DNA of 64,000 bases from Candidatus Eiseniibacteriota bacterium (GTDB lineage Bacteria > Eisenbacteria > RBG-16-71-46 > CAIMUX01 > VGJL01), in the NCBI GenBank assembly GCA_041946735.1, contig JBHGAY010000001.1, forward strand, positions 192,001-256,000. The letters are read 5' to 3'. Numbering within the stretch: position 1 is the stretch's first letter; each line of letters begins with the position of its first letter. The translations under genes and the position numbers were made by a program. Shown here in pieces: positions 40,245 through 46,976 of this stretch. Below the pieces are notes generated by a model. It was not told the origin of the DNA. It ran no database searches and saw nothing but the letters and a program-made list of their open reading frames with translations.

Positions 40245-41680
40245 CACCGGGAACGTATCAGACGGACGGTCGCTCCACCCTTCCCTTCGGTCGTCACGAG
40301 ATACACTCCGGCCGGGACTTCGCGGCCCTGCTCGTCGCGGCCATCCCAGACGACCGTTCCGTCCGGCGCTTCGAGCATCCGGACCCGCCGTCCGGACAGG
40401 TCGACGATCGCAGCCCTCCGTCCCGTCGACAGCCGGATCTCCGTGGCCCGTTGGAACGGATTCGGCACGGCGGCGATCGTAGGGACCGCTGTCGCCGTGA
40501 CGCCCGGCTCCGGGACGGCATCCGGACGGAGCCATGCGATCCGCTTCTTGTAGATCACGCCCTGGAAGCTCGGAAGGAAGCCGACGCACCAGACGTCCGC
40601 CGAGTCCGATACGAGGGGCTCCCAGTCGATCGCCGACATCTCGGCCCCCGTATCCTGATCGAGGTTCCAGCTGTTGCCGCCGTCGAGCGACTCCCAGATT
40701 CCGCCTCCGGCGTTGTTGAAGCGCGTCCCGCCGGCCGCGAAGCCGTGGAAGAGATCGAAGACCTGGACGACGCGGATCGGATAGTTCGTCTGCAGCACCC
40801 TGCCGCTCCAGGTCGCTCCGCCGTCGGAGGAGCGGTGGACCCACCCGCTGACCGGCGCGGAGATCTGTCCCCCGCCCGTCCATCCCAGAATCCCGTCGGC
40901 GAACGAAACGCCGCCGTCGAAGACGTTGTCGACCGAGTGCCGGGAAGACCAGGTAAGGCCGCCGTCGGTGGAGTTGCAGAGCTGGATCCCGGTCACCCAG
41001 GCGCGGAGGGCCGCATCGAACGTGAAGTTGCCTGCGAACCAGCCGCCCGTCGGGTCCGCCTGGATCTTCGTCCAGTCGGCCGCTGTTCGCCCTCCGTTCG
41101 TCGTGACGTAGACATATCCCTGATAGCCGTAAGCGATCCCGTGCATGGAGTCGGCGAAACGAATGTTCAAGAGCCAGTTGGCCGGGTCGAGGACGACGTC
41201 CGGCGACCAGGTCGCGCCACCGTCGTCGGTCCAGCGGAGGATTCCGGCCCCGCTCTGGTTCTGGAATCCCGCGACGACCGCCGTTTGGGCGGAGAAGGCA
41301 TGCACGCCGTACCAGTAGTACGGGAAGCCGACGTTCATCGCCGTCGTCCAGCTCGCGCCCCCGTTGGTCGTGTGGTACACCGCGCCGAGTTCGGCCGACG
41401 CGAAGCCGTTCAAGGGATCGGCAAAGGAAACTCCGGTCAAGACGTTGGAGACGGTTTGCTGCAGGACCCATCCGGTCCGGTCGCCGGTCGGAGCTTCGAC
41501 CGGCTGTTGCACGAAGTCCGGACCTCCCGAGACGGGGATCCTCTGCAGAAGAGCCTCCCCGGCACGAAGGTCGCGGCGCTCGGGGCTGATCGCATCAGCC
41601 TGCGATAGGAGCGGCGAGAGCAGGAGCGACAACAGAATAGAGGAGGAAAGAGCGAGGAGACAGAAGCGTGGAGATCGCAT
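40244..41680 (-). CDS. Secreted YCF48/BNR-repeat beta-propeller with FlgD-Ig-like tail
   Basis: Seven (T/S)x(D/N)GG..W-type repeats; tail PNPF..DLSGRRVR..WDGRDEQG..PAGVY. Confidence 0.88.
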   Translation of the reverse strand: MRSPRFCLLALSSSILLSLLLSPLLSQADAISPERRDLRAGEALLQRIPVSGGPDFVQQPVEAPTGDRTGWVLQQTVSNVLTGVSFADPLNGFASAELGAVYHTTNGGASWTTAMNVGFPYYWYGVHAFSAQTAVVAGFQNQSGAGILRWTDDGGATWSPDVVLDPANWLLNIRFADSMHGIAYGYQGYVYVTTNGGRTAADWTKIQADPTGGWFAGNFTFDAALRAWVTGIQLCNSTDGGLTWSSRHSVDNVFDGGVSFADGILGWTGGGQISAPVSGWVHRSSDGGATWSGRVLQTNYPIRVVQVFDLFHGFAAGGTRFNNAGGGIWESLDGGNSWNLDQDTGAEMSAIDWEPLVSDSADVWCVGFLPSFQGVIYKKRIAWLRPDAVPEPGVTATAVPTIAAVPNPFQRATEIRLSTGRRAAIVDLSGRRVRMLEAPDGTVVWDGRDEQGREVPAGVYLVTTEGKGGATVRLIRSR

Positions 41681-41851
41681 GCTGCACCTCCGGGATTGTC
41701 CGTATTCGGTTGCGGGGCTCGCGCTGGCGGGCCTCCTGAAGCACGCGCAGAAGGATACGGCAGCGGCATGGACCTGTCCATCCACGCTGCGGGCCGCGCT
41801 ACCGCCGGCGACGCAGGCGCGGAGAACCGGGCCAGGGTGGACCGGTCTCCG

Positions 41852-42046
41852 TCAGAAGAAAAGAGACGGCGAGCTCGGGCAGGCGCGAAGCATGAAAAGC
41901 GTTGCGGCGGCGGCCGCGCCAAGGACGAGGAGCAGCAGGCCCACGAGCGCGAACGCAGAGATCCGCGGCCGGGAGACGCGAGACAGGACGAACGGCACCC
42001 GGTCGCGAACCCCGGCCGGGGACTCGCGGCGGAGCTCAGCGCCCAT
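41852..42046 (-). CDS. Possible 64-aa single-TM protein
   Basis: GGAG upstream of the ATG, overlaps the previous stop, TM segment AFALVGLLLLVLGAAAAATLFML. Confidence 0.45.
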   Translation of the reverse strand: MGAELRRESPAGVRDRVPFVLSRVSRPRISAFALVGLLLLVLGAAAAATLFMLRACPSSPSLFF

Positions 42047-42269
42047 CGCGGTCTCCGGCCGGCGCTCCGTCCGTCCCGGTCGCCGCCTGCCGCCGATCCG
42101 GAACGTAACGACGGAAGAAGACGATCCCGTTCAGCTCCTGCTTCGGGAAGTTGCGGTTCGGCCGCCGGCGGTCGCGCAACTTGTACGCCGCGTACGAGCC
42201 AACGGCGAGGACGATCGAAGCGATCGTCGCAACCAGGATCGCCATCGAGAAAAAGCCCATCGCGTTCAT
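42036..42269 (-). CDS. 77-aa single-TM protein (BcsF-like candidate)
   Basis: SD GGAGG, N-terminal TM, basic juxtamembrane stretch and IVFFRRYVP. Confidence 0.7.
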   Translation of the reverse strand: MNAMGFFSMAILVATIASIVLAVGSYAAYKLRDRRRPNRNFPKQELNGIVFFRRYVPDRRQAATGTDGAPAGDRDGR

Positions 42270-42327
42270 CGTCGTCCTCCGGGGCGACGCTCCCGCGCGC
42301 CGCCGGTGCGGGTCCCCCAAGCGAGCT

Positions 42328-43635
42328 TCAGATCCGCCCCCGGCGCTCGAGCTTCCCCCATCCCATCTCGACAGAAAGGGTCTCCTCGACGAGCGCGCCG
42401 ACGCGGCACACGTCGAGGCAGAGCGTGAAGAAGAGTCGGTAGGGGATCGCGTAGGGAACGAGGCGCAGATCCTCCTCCTCGGCGACGACGCAGAAGAGGC
42501 CGGCGACGAGATCGAGGACCGTGAGCTGCAACCACCAGAGCAGCAGCAGGCCACCCGACTGGTAGGCGCTCGCCATGTAGAGCAGCCAGACCTGAGCCAT
42601 GAGGTTGACGAGAGGCCACAGGAGGCCCTCGAAGAGCAGGTGGAGAATCGAAAGCGAAAGCAGCGCGTTGTCGCATCGGATCGCGGGGCGCACCCGCTTC
42701 TTCACCGCCTGCAGCAGGCCGCGCGACCAGCGGTAGCGCTGCTGGAACAGGTCCCGCATTCCCTCCGGGGCTTCCGTGAAAGCGATCGCGTTCGGCTCGT
42801 AGCGCACCCGCCAGCCCCGCTCGAGGATCTTGAGCGTCAGGTCGGCGTCCTCCGCATACGTATCCTCGGAGTATCCGCCCGCCTCGCGCAGCACCCGCCG
42901 CCGGAACATTCCGAAAGGCCCGGGAATGATCGCCACCGAGCGGAAGAACGCTTGCGCGCGCCGCGACATGTTCAGCCCCTCGACGTACTCGAGCGCCTGC
43001 AGCCGCGTCAGGAGGTTCCGCCGGTTCGCAACCTTCACGTTTCCCGCGACGGCGCCGACCTTCGGGTCGCCGAAATGACGCACCGCGGCTCTCAGGCTTC
43101 CTGGCTCGATCCTGGAGTCCCCATCGACGCAGAGGATCAGGTCCTCGTGCGCGGCGGAGATGCCGAGATTCAATGCGCTCGCCTTCCCGCCGTTCGCTTT
43201 GTGCAGCACCCGCACGCGGGTGCCGGAATAGCGTCCCTCCATCGCGCTCGCGCGCAGGAACGTGTCGTCGGTCGAGCCGTCGTCGATCACGAGAATCTCG
43301 AAGCTCGGATAGTCCAGCTCGAGGAGCGATCGGATCGATGCCTGGATCGTCACCGACTCGTTGAATGCGGGCACGAGGATGCTCACCGGCGGCAGCGCCT
43401 GGCACTCCGGCTCCGCCCCCCCCTCGATCCCGTCGAGGTAGGCGAACCACATGAGGATGAAGTGCCGGAGGATCAACACGCAGAGGAAACCGAAGAAGAA
43501 CGCGCCCGCGCCGCGGGTCCAAGCGGGAAGCGCCGGCAGCGGCTGGCGAAAGAGGATGCCGGCCAGAGCGAAACCGAGCGCGACGAAGAAGCCGGCGAGG
43601 AGGACGAGGAGCAGGAAGTAGCGCACTCTCCTCAC
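42328..43635 (-). CDS. Processive GT2 polysaccharide synthase (PgaC/IcaA-like)
   Basis: PAFNE, DDGSTD, NGGKASALN, VDGD, EDADLT and QQRYRW. Two N-terminal and several C-terminal TMs; no PilZ domain. Confidence 0.9.
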   Translation of the reverse strand: MRRVRYFLLLVLLAGFFVALGFALAGILFRQPLPALPAWTRGAGAFFFGFLCVLILRHFILMWFAYLDGIEGGAEPECQALPPVSILVPAFNESVTIQASIRSLLELDYPSFEILVIDDGSTDDTFLRASAMEGRYSGTRVRVLHKANGGKASALNLGISAAHEDLILCVDGDSRIEPGSLRAAVRHFGDPKVGAVAGNVKVANRRNLLTRLQALEYVEGLNMSRRAQAFFRSVAIIPGPFGMFRRRVLREAGGYSEDTYAEDADLTLKILERGWRVRYEPNAIAFTEAPEGMRDLFQQRYRWSRGLLQAVKKRVRPAIRCDNALLSLSILHLLFEGLLWPLVNLMAQVWLLYMASAYQSGGLLLLWWLQLTVLDLVAGLFCVVAEEEDLRLVPYAIPYRLFFTLCLDVCRVGALVEETLSVEMGWGKLERRGRI

Positions 43636-43638
43636 CGG

Positions 43639-45042
43639 CTAATGTCTCCACTCCAGCGCGAGCCGCACGCTCCGCGATTCGTAGCGGGAGATCCGGCGGG
43701 TCGCCGAGATCTCGCCGGTCGCCACCGCGTCGAGCGAAGAGGCGATCGGAGCGCGGAAAGCGAGCTTGCCACCGCCTGCCTCGCCGGACCCCGTCCTGTT
43801 TCCGACGGCGCCGAACCATCCCGACGCGTCGAGGGAGAAGAAGGCCGGGAGCGGAGGCGAGAGATGGATCCAGGCCGCGGCGGTCCATTCGTCCCTGGGC
43901 GCGTAGTAGAGAGAGGAGCCGCGCGAGTAGCCGGTCCACTGGGCGGCGAGAGCGGCGCGCAGAGGCCCCGCAAGCTTCGCGTCGAGCGCAACGTCGCTCG
44001 AGCGGAAGGCGTTTTCGTCGTCCCAGCTTCCCGCGCGCAGGCGCATGTAGAGGCCGGCGCGGGGCGAGAAGGAGAGGTAGCCGGAGAGGCTGCCGTCGAC
44101 CCCTCGCAGGCCCGCCTCCTCCGCCGCAACGCTCTTCAGCTCGTAGCCGCGATCCGCGAAGGCGGCGGCGGCCTGGAGCGAGGCTCGCGCGAGCGGGCGA
44201 GATCGGAAGACAGCGCGAAGGCGCGGGCAGGCGCCGTCCGCCGAGCCGGCGCCCGGAATCGAGACGCCCGCCTCGAACGCGATGGAAGACCGGGGTCCTG
44301 TCGCGATCTCGGTCCCGGCCTGCAGCAACTGCCTCTCCGTCTCGCTCGCGCTCTCTCCCGCGCTCTCTCCCGGCCCAGGCGCGCCGGCTCCATCACGCGT
44401 GAGGCGTTCGCTTCCCGCCGTGATCGTCCACGCGGTGGCCGGCCCCGTGTCGAGCCGCCCGTGGATCGCGAAGGCGCGAGCGCTCACTTCTCCGGAGTCC
44501 TCGAAGAAGTCGACGCTCGCGCGCACGGCCGGATCGCATTCGCGGGCGAGCGACCGTTCGAGAGAGCGCAGATCCTCGTCCTCCGGGTCGAGGCGGCGCA
44601 GGCGACGGACCGACTCGAGCGCCTCGCCCGACCGTCCCGCCCAGCGCAACGCGTTCGTTCGCGCGCGCAGCACCGCCCGGTCCGCGGGCGACTGCCGGAG
44701 CAGATCCTCGTAGAGGGGGATCGCGGCGTCGGGATCCCCTGACCATGCGAGGGCGTTGGCGAGATCGAGGCGCGTGGCGCGGTCTTCTGGATGGCGCACG
44801 AGCCGATTGCGGAACACGGGGATCGCGATCTCCTCGTTGCCCGCCCAGTGTTCGGCGCGCGCGGCGGCCAGGAGGCTGTCCTCAGGGGAACCGACGGCGT
44901 GCGACGGCTGTGCTCCGCGCGCCGGAGAAGCAAGAAGAAGCGAGAGAGCGGCGAGCGCCGCAGCTACGGTGGCATGACGGGTGCGGCCGCGCGCCGGGCG
45001 GCCCGTGACGCGAGCCGGCCGCGCCACGGCGCCCTGCCTCAT
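43639..45042 (-). CDS. TPR + putative outer-membrane beta-barrel protein (PgaA-like architecture)
   Basis: Signal peptide, TPRs (LANALAWSG..A..LY, NALRWAG), amphipathic beta-strand C-terminal half ending VRLALEWRH. ATGA overlap with the upstream gene. Confidence 0.72.
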   Translation of the reverse strand: MRQGAVARPARVTGRPARGRTRHATVAAALAALSLLLASPARGAQPSHAVGSPEDSLLAAARAEHWAGNEEIAIPVFRNRLVRHPEDRATRLDLANALAWSGDPDAAIPLYEDLLRQSPADRAVLRARTNALRWAGRSGEALESVRRLRRLDPEDEDLRSLERSLARECDPAVRASVDFFEDSGEVSARAFAIHGRLDTGPATAWTITAGSERLTRDGAGAPGPGESAGESASETERQLLQAGTEIATGPRSSIAFEAGVSIPGAGSADGACPRLRAVFRSRPLARASLQAAAAFADRGYELKSVAAEEAGLRGVDGSLSGYLSFSPRAGLYMRLRAGSWDDENAFRSSDVALDAKLAGPLRAALAAQWTGYSRGSSLYYAPRDEWTAAAWIHLSPPLPAFFSLDASGWFGAVGNRTGSGEAGGGKLAFRAPIASSLDAVATGEISATRRISRYESRSVRLALEWRH

Positions 45043-46703
45043 GGCGCGACCGCCAGGCGGCGTGTCCCATACGCGGCGAAGCCCGGATACCGGAAGAGGT
45101 CGAATTCCGGCTCCCGGGCGCGCCGCATCACCTCGTCGGGATCGGCGAACGGCACCCCATCGATCGGCTCGACGACGTCGTAGGAGCAGCGGATGTGCGG
45201 CGGCTCCCCGTCCTGCGGCCGCGGCCATTCACGACGCAGCCGGGCGATGAAGCCGAGCGTCCCCTCGATGGTCTCCGCATGCAGCACGACGAGCGCCTCG
45301 CCTGGACAAGGGAAGGTCAGCAGGTCGTCCGGGCGGCTCAAGCACTCGAGATCCGCCGGGATCGAGGCTGGCGTGTCGGACGACGGATCCCACAGGAGCC
45401 GGACCACGCCGAGGCTCCGGGCGAAGGCCCGGGCGTCTTCGCACGCGCTCTGCAAGTGCGTGCGGAACTCTTCCGGCGGCAGCGCTCGGACGCGGGCGAG
45501 CGACAGGAGATCTTCGACGTCGGCCGCCGGCGGAGCGGCCGGCGCGACGAAGAGGCGGCTTGCGTTGCGCACCTTCTCGATCACTTCGCGCAGCTCGAAG
45601 GGCTTCGAGATGAAGTCGTTGCCCCCGAGTGACAGTCCTCGGACGCGTTCGTTGCGATCCTGAATCCCGGAGACGAAGAGGATCGGCTGGTGGAAGCCCG
45701 AGCCGCGGAGGGCGCGGCAGACGTCGAAGCCGCTGAGCTTCGGAAGCTGGACGTCCAGCAGGATCACGTCCGGGGCTTCGCGGACCGTGCGGGTCAGCGC
45801 CTCCACTCCGTCCTCGGCCATCAGCAGGTCGAACTCGCTGCGCAACGCCTTGCGCAGGAGCGAGCGGATGAAGGGGTCGTCGTCGGCGAGCAGCACGCGC
45901 TTGCGCGGGTGCGGCACGGCCGGCGGCCCGGCCGGCCCGCCGCTGGAACGCGGGGCGGAGACTTGCGACGCGCTGGCGCTCGCGCGAGATGTCGAAGCGT
46001 CCCTCTCGCCATCCGCGGTGACGCGCGTCTCGACCAGCCCGGCTCCCGGCACGATCTGGAACGGGATCTTTCGCATCCGGTCCGACGGCTGGCGGAGCTT
46101 GTGGATGAAGAGTCGCTTCGAGGACTCGAGACTCTCGACCTCGTCCTGCAGCTCGAAGATGCCCTGGCAGATGTCGGAGAAGACCCGGTACAGGGACGGA
46201 TGGCCTTGCGTCGCGCCGCGATCGTTGAGGAACAGGGGGGTCCATCCCCATTCGGCCAGCGTCTCCGTGAGATAGCGGAGGTCGTAGCGGAGCCGTCCCT
46301 CCTCGGTGCTGCCTCCGAAGAGGGGATGGATCGGATCGAAGACGATCCGGCGATACGCCGCTTCGGCGCGAAGCTCGGCGAGAGGTTCGAGGAAGCGCTT
46401 CCACCCGTAACGCATCAGCCGGCTTGTCACGTCCTGGTCGTACTCGAGCAGGCAGAGGTCGCCCCGCTCGACGGCCGGGTAGGGATCGAGCGCCAGGCTG
46501 GCTGCCTGCGCGAGGAGGTCGGCCGGGCGCTCGATCGTCATCAGGATCGCCGGCTCCTTCGAGCCTCCTCCGAGCGCGTACTGCAGGCCGAGCAAGGTCT
46601 TGCCGGTCCCCGCCTCGCCGAAGACCAGGTATGGCTTGCCCCGGAAGAACCCTCCGATGTGATCGTCCAGCAGACCGATTCCCGTGCGAAACGTCCCGTC
46701 CAT
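45039..46703 (-). CDS. KaiC/RAD55-like ATPase + receiver + degenerate GGDEF fusion protein
   Basis: TGI..LD..IGG, GEAGTGKT, IVFD and KLR; REC motifs ADDD, LLDV and SKPF; RPDD-LLTFP-CPGEA-LVVL. Confidence 0.85.
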   Translation of the reverse strand: MDGTFRTGIGLLDDHIGGFFRGKPYLVFGEAGTGKTLLGLQYALGGGSKEPAILMTIERPADLLAQAASLALDPYPAVERGDLCLLEYDQDVTSRLMRYGWKRFLEPLAELRAEAAYRRIVFDPIHPLFGGSTEEGRLRYDLRYLTETLAEWGWTPLFLNDRGATQGHPSLYRVFSDICQGIFELQDEVESLESSKRLFIHKLRQPSDRMRKIPFQIVPGAGLVETRVTADGERDASTSRASASASQVSAPRSSGGPAGPPAVPHPRKRVLLADDDPFIRSLLRKALRSEFDLLMAEDGVEALTRTVREAPDVILLDVQLPKLSGFDVCRALRGSGFHQPILFVSGIQDRNERVRGLSLGGNDFISKPFELREVIEKVRNASRLFVAPAAPPAADVEDLLSLARVRALPPEEFRTHLQSACEDARAFARSLGVVRLLWDPSSDTPASIPADLECLSRPDDLLTFPCPGEALVVLHAETIEGTLGFIARLRREWPRPQDGEPPHIRCSYDVVEPIDGVPFADPDEVMRRAREPEFDLFRYPGFAAYGTRRLAVAP

Positions 46704-46976
46704 CGCCCTGCTCAGCCTCCCTGTCGACTTGCCGTTCCACGGTCCGGAGATACACCGCGTCATCTCCCTATCGGACGACGCGGCTGTTCCCTCCAGCATT
46801 CGGCGAGTTCCTGGAAGCGCCCGATTGGCGCGGGAAAGGGTCGCTCCGGTCATTAGCCAGCGCGCCATCAGGCATCACGATTGATCGCTCGGCGCTCCTG
46901 CGGGGCCGGTGCGATGATCGTTGCTCCGGAACGACTGTGCCTGGGTCGCAACCGATTGGCCGCATCGAGGTGAACC

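Noticed and set aside
45039..46703. Circadian clock kaiC
   Set aside because: It has a single ATPase domain fused to REC, with no kaiA/kaiB and no duplicated CI-CII architecture.
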